This document shows positions 32,138 to 43,890 of a stretch of 64,000 bases of DNA, piece after piece. Within the stretch, counting starts at the first letter, position 1. Each line of letters begins with the position of its first letter. This DNA is from Tetramitus jugosus (Eukaryota > Protista > Heterolobosea). The stretch lies in assembly GCA_937625935.1 (NCBI GenBank), contig OW569365.1, positions 124,001 through 188,000 on the forward strand, read 5' to 3'. The notes below the pieces were generated by a model, which was not told the DNA's origin, did not search any database, and saw only the letters and a list, made by a program, of their open reading frames with translations. Both the position numbers and the translations under genes were made by a program.

Positions 32138-32587
32138 TATCCTCACTTTTACGACAGACGATTGATCAAATATCAAGAAAAAGCAAAGATTTAAACACCA
32201 AAGGTAACCTCTGAAACTTAACCCTTTTGAACAAAGATTTGAACTAATTCTTCAGTCATTCAGGTCTAATGTAATTTCTATGAGAAGTTTCCAACTGAAG
32301 CGATATCTCCATGCAGCAAGTCACTCAAGCCCACTCAAATGAAGCTGCTGCGCGTTGACTGAAAAATTCACAAGGAAGATTGCGGAGGAAACACAATTTT
32401 CTCTCAAGGGAACTAAATCTCATGGGCCTAACCAGAACTCCCAATCGCTTTTTGCGCGTTGTTTTGTGGCTGCCCGCACGGACATCAGATTCATTTCTCA
32501 GTTTTGCATTCAGCCATTTGCTTCTGGCCAAAGAACACCAAAGCAACAAAACAAACAACAACAAGCCAACACCTCACCAACAACAAG

Positions 32588-34354
32588 ATGAAGCTTTACC
32601 AATCTGTTAGCAGAGGTTTCTCCCAGAACATCGGAGCCAGAGTGACTGGCTCTCAACCATTGGCCTCCATTGCCCCTTCTCACATTGGTGCCACACCTTC
32701 CAAAGGCAGTCGCCAAGGTCTATTAACAAAGAAAGATGTTTTATCGGCTCCATCCACTCCATTGTTCTCTCCCTCTTACCCTGCCGGTCCCTACTGTTTC
32801 ACTGATCGTGAATACTTTATCGTTTCATATGAGAGTGACTATGATAAGATTGCAAGTGTTGTTCCTGCACCATTGAAACCCAAGAGCAACGTTGTCATGT
32901 ATGAATGGATCAATATGGACAGCACAGGTTGGTATTGTAATTGTAACTCATGTCTTTCCCGACCATCCTCTAACATCTCTATTCATTCATAGGTTTGGGC
33001 TTCTACAAGGAGAGCGGTACAGTCATTCCTTGTGTGCTGCCAGATGGTCAAGAAGTAAACTACACCCTCCTTATGGCGCTTGATTGCGAATCACCCATCG
33101 CCGCAGGTAGAGAGTTGTGGGGTTTCCCTAAAAAGTATGGTAATCCAACGTTTGGAATCAATCGAGATACGGTGACGGGGACATTGGACTATGCTGGTCA
33201 GAGGGTGGCGACTGGAACAATGGCGTACAAGTACAAGAAGATTTCCGAACAAGACGCGATTCGATCCTTGACGAAAACGAGTGTCAACTTGAAAATGATT
33301 CCAGATGTCAATTTCCAATGCAAAGTTGCTCAATTGGTCAAGTACAATTTAATAGATGTGAATTTGAAGGTATGTTTGTGTCACTTGTCACACGTTTGTA
33401 GTCTCGTTTTACTCACAGTGGATACAGTTTGCATATGAAGGGCCCGCTCGATTGGATCTCATTCCGCACATTAACGCTCCCACGTCGTTTTTACCAGTGA
33501 GAAAGGTTTTGGGAGGAAAGCACATTATGGCCGATATTACGTTGCCGTACGGTTCTGTTCTCCATGATTACATGGATCCGAGTGTGGAGCAACCATTGGA
33601 AGACAATGCCAGTTTGACAAGAAGTCAGATTATTGAGAATCCAGTCATGCCCATCTTGGCTCCAAGTTACAAGGCTACAGCGAGCAACTTGGCTGACAGA
33701 GATTATTTTATTGTGAGATACAAGACGGATCCAGGCGTTTTGCAACAATATGTCCCAGAACAATTCTTTGTCAATGAGAATGACGAAATTATTGTCCAGT
33801 GGGTGCACACCAATTCAACTGGTATTGGAGAGTTTAGCAAGGTGGATGTCTTTATCCCTGTGAGTGACAAGGATGGAAACCTTTTCCATTTTGCACTCGT
33901 TTCCTTCATGGACTCGAGCGCCCCCATTACCTATGGAAGAGAAGTTTTCGGTCAACCACAAAAGTATGCTCAGCCAGCATGTCTCGTCCACAGAGATACG
34001 ATAACCGGTACATTGGATTATTCTGAGACAAGAGTAGCGACTGCAACCATGCACTACAAGCACAGAAAGATGCCAGTTGAGCATGCGATTGATTATTTGA
34101 GCAAAAGAGCAATTAATGTAAAGTTGATACCGGATGCTGATGGAAGTGCTCTCATTGCGCAATTAGTGGAGGTTGATTTTAGCAATATTACAGTCAAGGA
34201 GGCCTATGAAGGACCTGCAGCAATTGATGTCATTCCGCATGTTCATGCTCCCTTGGCCGATATCCCTGTTCGAGAGGTGATTGGAGGATGCAGTTTCAGG
34301 TGTGATGTAGTCTTGCCAGCAGGCAAAGTTTATCATGATTACCTAAAACAATAG
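32588..34354 (+). CDS. adc: Tandem (two-domain) acetoacetate decarboxylase with predicted mitochondrial presequence; exons 32588..32927, 32993..33369, 33428..34354
   Basis: Domain 1 reads STPLFSPSYPAGPYCFTDREYF, DSTGLGFYKESG, AGRELWGFPKKYG, DTVTGTLDY, closely matching clostridial ADC as recalled. Domain 2 repeats the fold (ADRDYFIVRYKTD, YGREVFGQPQKY). Both introns splice in frame. Confidence 0.9.
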
Positions 34355-34656
34355 ACGACTTCAATGTCATGGTTCTTTTATTACGATATTTCCCTGCCTC
34401 AACATTTCATTATCAAATGGTGCCTCCTTGCTAGTCATCGGATCCTGCTGCGAGGAATCTTTATTATTTAATACAAAAGAGGACAAAATCTTGTACTAGT
34501 TTCTCGTAGTTAGTGTCGGAGTCATTGCTGGGTCACCCAATGTCTCGGATTTCTTATCGGCCCCTGCTGGTCTCCGATGTTTTTGCTTTTTGTTTCTATT
34601 CCCTGTCAAAAAAAACACTCTCCAAATTATCTCATCATCGTCATCTACCCAACCAC

Positions 34657-36421
34657 ATGAGACATTTAGCAAGAATCTTGATCTGTGTGATCACTCTGAC
34701 ACTGTTTTTCTTCATTGAGAACAGCCATCAGGCAATCACCAATGAAATTCCCATTTGGCCAAAGCCCTTCCAGACTGACATCTCTGGTTCATTGACTCCA
34801 GTGATCGTAAACCACAAGACATTCAAGTTTGATCAAGGCAATGTGCCAACAAGTGGTGACGTTCAACAAATGTTACTAGCTGCTATTGAAAGCTACAGAA
34901 CAATCATGTTTTATGATGATGAGTTGCCTGCAAGATCAAGCTCTCCACTCTGTCAACAAACACAAAAGTATTTGTGTTTGGATAGTGTCAAGTTTGTGTT
35001 CAATGTGACCTCTGCTGTGGACACAGAGTTGACATTGGATATGGATGAGAGATATGCCCTATCTGTCTCCTCTTCCTCTTCTGTTGTTGTCATCTCTTGT
35101 AACACAATCTGGGGAGCAATGAGAGCTTTAGAATCATTGTCTCAACTTGTAGTCATCAAGCAATTGACCAACAATGCTGCAACTGAAGATTACTATGTGT
35201 TGAATTCACAAGCTCCATTGTCAATCAAGGACGCACCAAGATTCAAGTGGAGAGGCCTGATGATTGACACTTCTCGTCACTACTTGTCAGTCGGAAAGAT
35301 TATGCAAGTTGTGAAGGCATTGAGCTACATTAAGATGAATGTGTTGCATTGGCACATGGTCGATGCACAGTCATTCCCACTTCAAGTTCCAGATGCACCA
35401 GGCTTGACCAAGAGTGCCTATACTCCAAAGGCAATTTATACATTGGAAGCTGTCCAAAAAATTATTTCATATGCTCGGTCCTTGGGTATTCGAGTCGTGA
35501 TCGAGATTGATATTCCTGGTCATGCCGCCAGTTGGGGAGTTGGTTATCCAGAAATTGTTGCAAATGTATGTTGCTTTATATCTTGTTTTATTGAGAAGAA
35601 AAAACTAACTCGTGTCACTCCATTCTCTTTCTCTTGAATAGTGCCCATCCATGTCTGGAAATATTAACAACATTCCTCTTAACCCTGTGCTCGACAAAAC
35701 ATATGAAATTGTTGAGCAAGTTATTGCCGCTATTGCCAAGGTTGCCCCGGACAACTTTATTCATTTGGGTGGTGATGAACTCGTTAAGAGTTGCTGGAAG
35801 CAAGATGCAAGAATCATGAACTGGATGCAACAAAAGGGCTGGACCGATTTGAATCAACTTGTTGGTTATTTCGAGTCTCGCCTAGAGACCATCTACCGTA
35901 AGTATCAAAAGACTATGGTCTCCTGGGAAGAACTATTGCTAGCCTATGGTAATTACTATCCACTACCAAAGGACACGATTGTTCAGGCATGGACATCGAA
36001 GCAATCTCTCGGTCGTATTATTGGTGCTGGATATAGAGGTCTATTGTCTGCTGGATGGTACATGGACAAGCAAGTACCAGGCAACACAACTCACTACTTG
36101 TGGGGAGATACATGGGAGGACTTCTACAAGAATGATCCAACCCTCGGCATGGGCTTCACACCAGAACAAGAATCCAGAGTGCTTGGAGGAGATGCTGCCG
36201 CTTGGGCTGAACAGGTTGATCCATCTAACTTTGAAACTAGAGTATTCCCTCGCTTGTTGGGAGTCGCTGAGCGTTTGTGGAGTCAAGCAAGCAATACTCA
36301 AGATGTTGATAGTGCCAGAGACAGATTGGTCTTCTCCAGATGTCACGTACTTGTGAGAAGAAACATCAACGCGGGTCCTATTCGACCAGACTATTGTGAT
36401 GCTGTAGAAAAGTACTATTAA
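34657..36421 (+). CDS. Beta-N-acetylhexosaminidase (GH20), secreted/lysosomal; intron 35566..35641
   Basis: Signal peptide, IWPKP, DAPRFKWRGLMIDTSRHY, LHWHMVDAQSFP, EIDIPGH, catalytic HLGGDE, and FPRLLGVAERLW. Confidence 0.95.
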
Positions 36422-36626
36422 ACTTGGTTGTGAAAACAATAAACTGTGTCACTGCTTGAACAGTAGGTTGTATACGAGGTAATCGGCGTCTTTCGTTATC
36501 AGATATTCACCGCCCCGCCATGAATGTTCAATCTCCTACATGAACAATTAGTTGACCTTTCTTACAACAAAAAAAGAGAAAAACCGCGCAAACATCCCAC
36601 AGCAAGCAAATATTTTCCATCAGAAA

Positions 36627-37912
36627 ATGAGACGTGTTCAATCTATTGTTGCAAAGCATGCTTTGGTGAATAAGCCAAGCCAATCAATCTTCCAAGCTCA
36701 CAGATTTTATGCTACCGCTTTGAATGTTAAGGAAGCTCGCGTTGCTCAATTCAAGCAATTCGGAAGTGCATCCAATGTTGTCAAGTATGTTTTCCTCTTT
36801 TTCTCCAGTGATTGAGAGAAAAAAACATGTCATCTATCCCTGATGATGGCGATCCTTTGGATCGAACAAACAAATTATTTTTTCACCAAACAAACATCCA
36901 AATGACTCACACAACACACATTCCTCACAAACAACAACAACATTGATTACCAACATAAAGAGTTGAGACTGTTCCATTGCCATCTCAATTGGCATCCGAT
37001 GAAGTTTTGATCAAATTCTTGGCTGCACCAATCAACCCTGCCGATATCAACACAATTCAGGGCAACTACGGAAAGGCACCAACTTCCTTCCCAGCTGTTG
37101 CAGGAAGTGAGGGTGTTGCTGTCATTGAACAAGTCGGAAACAATGTTTCTCAATTGAAGGTCAATCAAAGAGTCATCCCGGCCAAGGCAGGATTGGGAAC
37201 TTGGAGAACTCATGCCGTTGTGAAGGCTAGCGAACTGCAAACCGTTTCCGAAGAAATTCCAGTCGAATATGCTGCTGTTATCTCTGTGAATCCATGTACC
37301 GCATATCGCCTATTGAATGACTTTGTTGATTTGAAGGCTGGTGATGTCATTATTCAAAACGGAGCCAACAGTATGGTTGGATTGTCTGTTATTCAAATGG
37401 CCAAAGCCAGAGGAATCAAAACGATTAATATTATTAGAGACAGACAAAATCAAGAGTCCGTCATTTCTCAATTGAAGGAGTTTGGTGGAGATATTGTTGT
37501 GACTGAATCGTACGCAAACTCTGCAAACATGAAGAAGCTTGTCTCTGACTTGCCAAAGCCAAAGTTGGCTCTGAACGGTGTTGGTGGACAATCTTCACGT
37601 GCTGTTGCTAGATTCTTGGCAGACAAGGGAACAATGGTCACCTATGGTGGTATGTCTATGCAACCAGTCACCATTCCAACATCTCCATTCATCTTTAACG
37701 ATATTACATTGAGAGGCTTCTGGTTGACTCGATGGGTCGAGACTCACTCTAAGGAAAGCAGACAAAAGATGTTGGACGAAATTGCTCAATTGATCAAGCA
37801 AAAGAAGCTCGTCTTATTCACTGAAACATTCAAGTTTGCTGATTTCGAAAGTGCATTGGAAGCCAGTCAGACCGCCATGCGCTCTCGCAAGGCCATCCTG
37901 AAGATGGAGTAA
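36627..37912 (+). CDS. MECR: Mitochondrial trans-2-enoyl-thioester reductase (MECR/Etr1); intron 36785..36960
   Basis: Presequence MRRVQSIVAK...; AAPINPADINTIQGNY, GLGTWRT, VNPCTAYRLL, IIQNGANSMVG, PKLALNGVGG and MVTYGGMS. Confidence 0.93.
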
Positions 37913-38353
37913 TAATTATGTTTTTATTTTTTGTGTAGCTAGAAATCGATATATTATCACCAAATGGCCATTTGTAAAGGGTGCTGTTTAGCATTGGCAT
38001 GTACATGCACTGTTCGTTCCTCTTTTTATTGCATAATAATAATCAGGACATCATGATCAGGCAGCAAGGGCAAAAAAGTAAAACAAAATCCAAGTATTCT
38101 GCAATTGTTGTTGTGTGAGTGATTCCTTCGAAAAAGCGCTTCGGCATTTGACTGTAAGCAATCTTGTCATGCGTCAGACAAATTTTGATGAACGTTGAGA
38201 ACTCTTCGTCGGGAATTCAAACGAACATCTGAAAGCTTCGGACTAACAAAAAACAACATCACCAACAAAGTAAGAAACTGTGTCAAGACGCACACCCAAC
38301 AACAAAAACATCATCATCAAAAGCTCAGCAGCGTACAAGCTTTATTCTATTAA

Positions 38354-40175
38354 ATGAGCGGTAAAATTACATATTTACAGGAAGACCCTGAAACTCTCTT
38401 TGAAAAATTGGAGGTACTTGGAGAAGGGTACGTTTTTCTATTACTCTGCCAGTGCACACATGCAATGATCTTTTTTTGAATTGCCCATGTCTAGTGAATG
38501 ATTGATTGTATTCACACTTTGTTTTTTCATTCGTTTTTTTTTGCATGCTTTTTTTTTATTCAAATCGTACATTTGAATCGCCATTGTCATCCATCCATAC
38601 ATGTATCGTCTAATGATGATAGCTCCTATGGTATCGTGTACAAGGCACGGAACAAGAAGACAAATCAAATTCTAGCTCTCAAGATTGTCCCTGTTGAGAA
38701 TGACATTTCAGAAGTTGAAAAAGAAATTGCCATTCTGAAGCAATGCGACAATCCAAACATTGTGAGCTATCACGGATCTTACAATAAGGGAAATGAACTA
38801 TGGGTATGGCATCATCCACTTTGCTTTTTTTTCCCACACAAAAAGCTTCTGTGTGCTCACTTTGCTTTTTTTTGGTGTTTGCTTCATTTGATTTTTTTTT
38901 GATGGATGACGAACGTGTAGATTGTGTTGGAGTATTGTGGTGGTGGATCCATGATGGATGTTTTATCGATTCTGGGACCAGGTTCCATCAGTGAAGTGCA
39001 CATTGCCGCAGTGTGTCACGCTGTGCTCAAGGGTCTCGTCTACCTCCACACTCAGAAAAAAATTCATCGCGACATCAAGGCGGGCAATATTTTGTTGACG
39101 GAGAATGGAGCAATCAAGTTGGCTGATTTTGGTGTCTCTGCACAGTTGAACAATACGATTTCAAAGAGACAGACTGTCATGTATGTTGATTCAACTTTTT
39201 TTTTATTGGGTGCCAGTCAGTGATTGACTCTGCTTTTTTCATGTTCTTTCATTTTTTTTCTCTCTGGTGAATGGATGCAGTGGAACACCATATTGGATGG
39301 CACCAGAGGTGATTCAAGAGACTGCGTACAATGGAAGAGCCGATGTTTGGTCATTGGGTATCACGTTGATTGAGATGGCAGAGGGCAAGCCACCACTGCA
39401 CGGTATTCATCCAATGAGAGCCATCTTTATGATTCCTAACAAACCATCGCCTACTCTATCGGATCAGAGCAAGTGGAGCGATGAGTTCCATGACTTTATT
39501 GCACAGTGCTTGGAGAAGGATAGTTCAAAGCGACCAGAATCAAAGGAATTGTTGAAACATCCGTTTATTCAAAAGGCGAAACCAACTTCAGTTTTGACCG
39601 AGTTGATTGACAAAATGAATGAAGTGTTTGCAAACTATGGAGGTCGTCCAGAGTACTTTAAACAAAAGGCAGCCAAGAGAGAGGAGTCGGATTCGGATTC
39701 GGACAGCGACTCTGATTCTGATGAATCAGATTCCAACTCTGAGAACAGTGACTCTGATTCTGATTCTGACTATGATGATACAATTGTACATAAGAAACCT
39801 GCTGCCCCAGCGAACAACAACTCCAAGAAGGGAAAGGGCAGTGATAGCGATGATAGCGACGACAGTGACGATGATACGGATTCCGATTATGGTGCAACCA
39901 TTGTGAAGCACTCTGGTGAAACCATTAGAACTCCTCAATCGCCTCAGCAGCAAGTGTACACATCCGCTCTGCAACAACCAAACACTCCTAGCTCGATAGG
40001 AACAGATCTTGATGTGTCGCAACTGGTACCATACTATTCTAATTTTGATGCGAATGAACTGAACCGACAATTGTCACAACTGGAAGAAGATTTGGAAAGA
40101 GAGTTGGAGAGTGTTCGCCTGATGTTTAACAAGAGGCGCAGAGCTATTGAAACAGTCATTCAATCCAAGAGATAA
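38354..40175 (+). CDS. STE20-family MST1/2 (Hippo/Krs)-like kinase with C-terminal SARAH domain; introns 38428..38622, 38804..38920, 39181..39280
   Basis: Spliced EDPETLFEKLEVLGEGSYGIVYK, HRDIKAGNILL, KLADFGVSAQL, TVIGTPYWMAPEV and IHPMRAIFMIP. SARAH-like tail ELNRQLSQLEEDLERELESVRLMFNKRRRAIETVIQSK. Confidence 0.92.
39685..39890 (+). repeat. Coding Ser-Asp low-complexity tracts in the kinase linker
   Basis: SDSDSDSDSDSDESDS...SDSDDSDDSDDDTDSD. Confidence 0.8.
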
Positions 40176-40690
40176 TCAAAGGAGAATGTATAAGTTATTG
40201 AACATATTGTAACCAGTATTATCACCAAAAAGGTAAAAAGAAAATTTGTAGATCAACAGTTGTATTGGTCGGACTTTTGAAGAGTCAACTTTAATTCTCC
40301 TCTATTGTAACGCACAAAATTTTCTCCCGACGCAAAATTAACAGCTTTTTTTTGTTGTGTTCAACAAACATCTTTTTGTTCAACAACCATCAACGAAGTT
40401 TCAGTTACGCGACTTACCTTCAACCAGCATCAAGAGACTTGCAGGTATGTGTAAATACAATATCATCCATTGCTTCTGTTCTGACAGACTATACTGTTGA
40501 ACCCAAAAAGTAGAACAACACACATGATGGCGTTCTCTAACAGGAATCTCTCTCTTTCTTCCTCTGTTTCAACACACGATATTGGATCTGTATATTTTCA
40601 TTCCTCTCGGTATACCCTGTATCCTCCTCCACTTGTGTGGGCTCAACAACAACAACAACTTGATAACCACAACAATATATGATAGCAATC

Positions 40691-42838
40691 ATGAGTACAG
40701 AAGCGATCGAAACACAAGCGCACCATCATCATCATTCTCATGACGAAGAAGACGAAGAGGAGCAAGTCGAGATGCACCACCACCATCATCACCATCATCA
40801 TGATGAAGAAGAAGAAGATGATGAACACATAAAGAACGAACAACAACAACAGCAGCAGCAACCAGAAGACGAAGAACAAGTCGATCAACAACAACAACAA
40901 CAATTGCATCACTTGCATCAAATGCATGCACTTCACCAGCATCATCAAGCCATGCAACAACAACAACAACAAGCACATGATGAAGAAGACGAAGAAGAAG
41001 AAGATGAAGATGAATCTTCGCAACATCAACAACAGCAACAGCAACAGCAACAACAAGCTCTAGCAGCTGCCATGCATCATCACCATCATCATCATCCACA
41101 CATGTCTCACTTGCCACCACATTTATCTCAACTACCTCAACTCCCATTCTTCAATCCTGCTCTACTCAACATGAACATGCATTTGTTGCCTGGAATGATG
41201 CCAATGCCACCAATGAACATGAAACTGCCCACAGGTGCACCACCACAATTACAACAACAACAACAATCACAAGTTCAACAACAACAACAACAGACAAGTC
41301 CATCCACTCCACAACACTCTCAACAACAACAACAAAATAAGATGAGTCCATCGACGCCCATGTCTCCCGGTGGTACTCCGGCTACTGGTTCCAACAACAA
41401 CAACAACAACACACCAAACGGCACCACCACTGCAGGAGGTAGTAATGGATCCAGTGGTAGTAGTAGTAATGGTAGTTCCATGTCACCTGATCCAACCAAG
41501 AATCAAGCCTTTTTCCATGCAAATCGATTGTGGAAAATTTCAGAGATTGATCCAGAGTTGCAACGATTTTTGATGGATGAGAAATTCGATGTCAAATTAA
41601 CAATGAAGATTCGAGGTGAGGAAGCGTGTCAGTTTGTTCCTGAAAAGCTCTATTCCTCTCACAGATATGTCATTCAACAAGAGGTTGAAGTAGGACCGCG
41701 CATGCAATCCAAGTATCCGCTCCTCGTCTCCAAAATCAAGATTATCAATCCGTCGTCCAAGGAGGAAATTACGAACAGTAAATCAGGACCAAAAGAAATT
41801 GTCAAGGGCGATTTGGAAGTGGCGCTCACATTGCCTGGAAACAAGGCTTCCATGGCAACGTTACAAGGACTGATGAAGGTGCAATTTACAGATGTGTCCT
41901 ATCATCATGAGAAGGGACATTTTGCAATGGTCATTAGTTATTATGATCCTGCTAATTTGGATCACGCACTGTTCGTTGTCTCATCTCCAGAGTTTAGAGT
42001 CTATGCCAGAAAGCCTACGCATGGCAATCCAACAGAGACTCTCAAACCAGGAAAACCGAAACCAACGATACGGAAGCGCAAAAAGGATGACACTCCACAA
42101 TCCAGCAGCAAGACTCCATCCAGTAACAAGAAGGCCAAGACAAGCAACAGCTCATTCAGTTTGACATCAAAGGACTATGACTTCTTTTGTGAAAAGTTGG
42201 AAGAGTTGATTGAGATGAGGCGAAATTTAACAGATGAGGAACGAATGCAATCACAGGATCAAACACTGCACAGAATCTTGCAGAACGAACCGGAGATTGC
42301 AATGGAAATGTTGGCAAACTTGCAAGCTCTGCCAATGCCTGGTGCACCTGGATTGGCCAACTTGGCTGCCATGCCACACTTGTTCAATATGATGCACAAG
42401 CCATTGATGAATCCGTTGCTCATTCCTCAGATGGGTGCACCAAATCCGAATGGTATTGATCTAGGTCATCAGCACGATGCCCAGAATCAAGGAGTCGAAG
42501 AGGAAGAGGAAGACGATGTTGAGATGAACATTCCACATGCGGATATGAATGATGAACAGCAGCAAGCACACCACCATCATCATCACCAACAAGAAGAAGA
42601 GGAACATCATCAACAACAACAGGAGCAGCAACAGCCCGAGGAAGGAGAGGAGATGGAAGGTGAAAGAATGAAGTATGGAGAAGAACATATCCAAGATCAC
42701 CACCATCATCATCACCACGAGCTACAGCACGATCCCAACATGGTCGACGATGAACACGCAGAAGGTGAGGACGAAGAGATGGATGACGATGCCTCCGGTT
42801 CTCAGATTACTCCTCTCAAGAAGAGAATAAAGAAATAA
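40691..42838 (+). CDS. Putative transcription factor: poly-Q/H/E tracts flanking a central beta-sandwich domain, with basic NLS motifs; probable 5'-UTR intron 40445..40685
   Basis: Globular core KLYSSHRY...KVQFTDVSYHHEKGHF...SPEFRVYARKP; NLS-like IRKRKK and PLKKRIKK; extensive CAA/CAT repeats. Confidence 0.7.
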   Translation: MSTEAIETQAHHHHHSHDEEDEEEQVEMHHHHHHHHHDEEEEDDEHIKNEQQQQQQQPEDEEQVDQQQQQQLHHLHQMHALHQHHQAMQQQQQQAHDEEDEEEEDEDESSQHQQQQQQQQQQALAAAMHHHHHHHPHMSHLPPHLSQLPQLPFFNPALLNMNMHLLPGMMPMPPMNMKLPTGAPPQLQQQQQSQVQQQQQQTSPSTPQHSQQQQQNKMSPSTPMSPGGTPATGSNNNNNNTPNGTTTAGGSNGSSGSSSNGSSMSPDPTKNQAFFHANRLWKISEIDPELQRFLMDEKFDVKLTMKIRGEEACQFVPEKLYSSHRYVIQQEVEVGPRMQSKYPLLVSKIKIINPSSKEEITNSKSGPKEIVKGDLEVALTLPGNKASMATLQGLMKVQFTDVSYHHEKGHFAMVISYYDPANLDHALFVVSSPEFRVYARKPTHGNPTETLKPGKPKPTIRKRKKDDTPQSSSKTPSSNKKAKTSNSSFSLTSKDYDFFCEKLEELIEMRRNLTDEERMQSQDQTLHRILQNEPEIAMEMLANLQALPMPGAPGLANLAAMPHLFNMMHKPLMNPLLIPQMGAPNPNGIDLGHQHDAQNQGVEEEEEDDVEMNIPHADMNDEQQQAHHHHHHQQEEEEHHQQQQEQQQPEEGEEMEGERMKYGEEHIQDHHHHHHHELQHDPNMVDDEHAEGEDEEMDDDASGSQITPLKKRIKK

Positions 42839-43040
42839 TAATTTATGAAACCGTCGCCTGATCACGACGTCGAAAAATGTTCAACCACGCACAAGAACTT
42901 TGCAATTCCCGACAACAACAACGACAAAAAAGCTATCATCTGTTTGTTCACTGTTATCGGTTGCTGTTCAAGATTGTGATCATTACCACCTGATCACACA
43001 CACTTATCCTAAAATCTTTTTCATCGTCATTGTCGTTGTT

Positions 43041-43751
43041 ATGCAAGTTTCTTTACAACCAACACAGATGGCATCTGCGTCATCTGCCTCTGCCACCGCC
43101 AGTAAAACGATATTTGAGCTTTCTTTGCACGGGATCATACCTGATTCACAGTATGACCAGTTGTTGACTCGATTGGATGGTCTATGTGGCACATCAGAGT
43201 GTCAACACTCTCAAATGAGGTTCAGAACATGGGAATGTGTTCATAGGTACTCTGGTGAGACTGCTACGACTTCAAGATCCACTTCTAGTGATGCCCTAGA
43301 GCTTCGATTGATTCACGAGTACGACAAGGAAAGAGATTGTTGGTACTGTAAGCATGTAAAACACACTGGGGGCGCTCTTTCGACAAGGGATCGCAAATAC
43401 AAGGTCATTGTTCGTGCAGTGCATTATGGAAAGGTGTTTTCGGAGACAACGACAACAGTTATGCCGTTTTTAACTGCGGTCAAGTGCCCACAAGTGTTTG
43501 AGTATGTGAGGAAGGGCATTTGGTTCAATATGAGACATCAGAACATTCGAATCGAAATTTCAAAGCTCTACAAGGTCAAAACAGCAAACTCTCCAAACGA
43601 GTTGGTCGCTGTGGACGAAAAGAATTACTTGGTGCAAATGTACTGTGAGGCGCCGTATGATGAGATTACGGCTGCTGAGAGTAGCATGATCACATTGGCT
43701 GACAACTTGTCGAGCATTGTTGTCATGCACAACGAAATACCCAAAGAATAA
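43041..43751 (+). CDS. MED18: Mediator complex subunit 18 (Srb5)-like (start 43041 or 43068)
   Basis: FELSLHG...LLTRLDGLCG, FEYVRKGIWF, IRIEISKLYK and YLVQM patterns typical of MED18. Confidence 0.78.
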   Translation: MQVSLQPTQMASASSASATASKTIFELSLHGIIPDSQYDQLLTRLDGLCGTSECQHSQMRFRTWECVHRYSGETATTSRSTSSDALELRLIHEYDKERDCWYCKHVKHTGGALSTRDRKYKVIVRAVHYGKVFSETTTTVMPFLTAVKCPQVFEYVRKGIWFNMRHQNIRIEISKLYKVKTANSPNELVAVDEKNYLVQMYCEAPYDEITAAESSMITLADNLSSIVVMHNEIPKE

Positions 43752-43890
43752 TAATATTCCCAAACACTTTCAGTTCTAGACCATCCTGTCATCCTGTCAT
43801 CTTATCAATGAATTGAACTTCTTCCTTCAAGAATGAGAAGCGACCTCCAAGCATCGTCCCGCATCGACAAAATCATTTTCCAGTAAAAAA

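Noticed and set aside
31714-32194. Overlapping 109-aa (-) and 133-aa (+) ORFs
   Set aside because: Non-ATG starts in the ORF track and no motifs; a relic cannot be distinguished from chance.
40643-41147. Very hydrophobic minus-strand ORFs (poly-L/V/M/F)
   Set aside because: Reverse complement of CAA/CAT/GAA repeats in the poly-Q/H/E protein, not membrane proteins.
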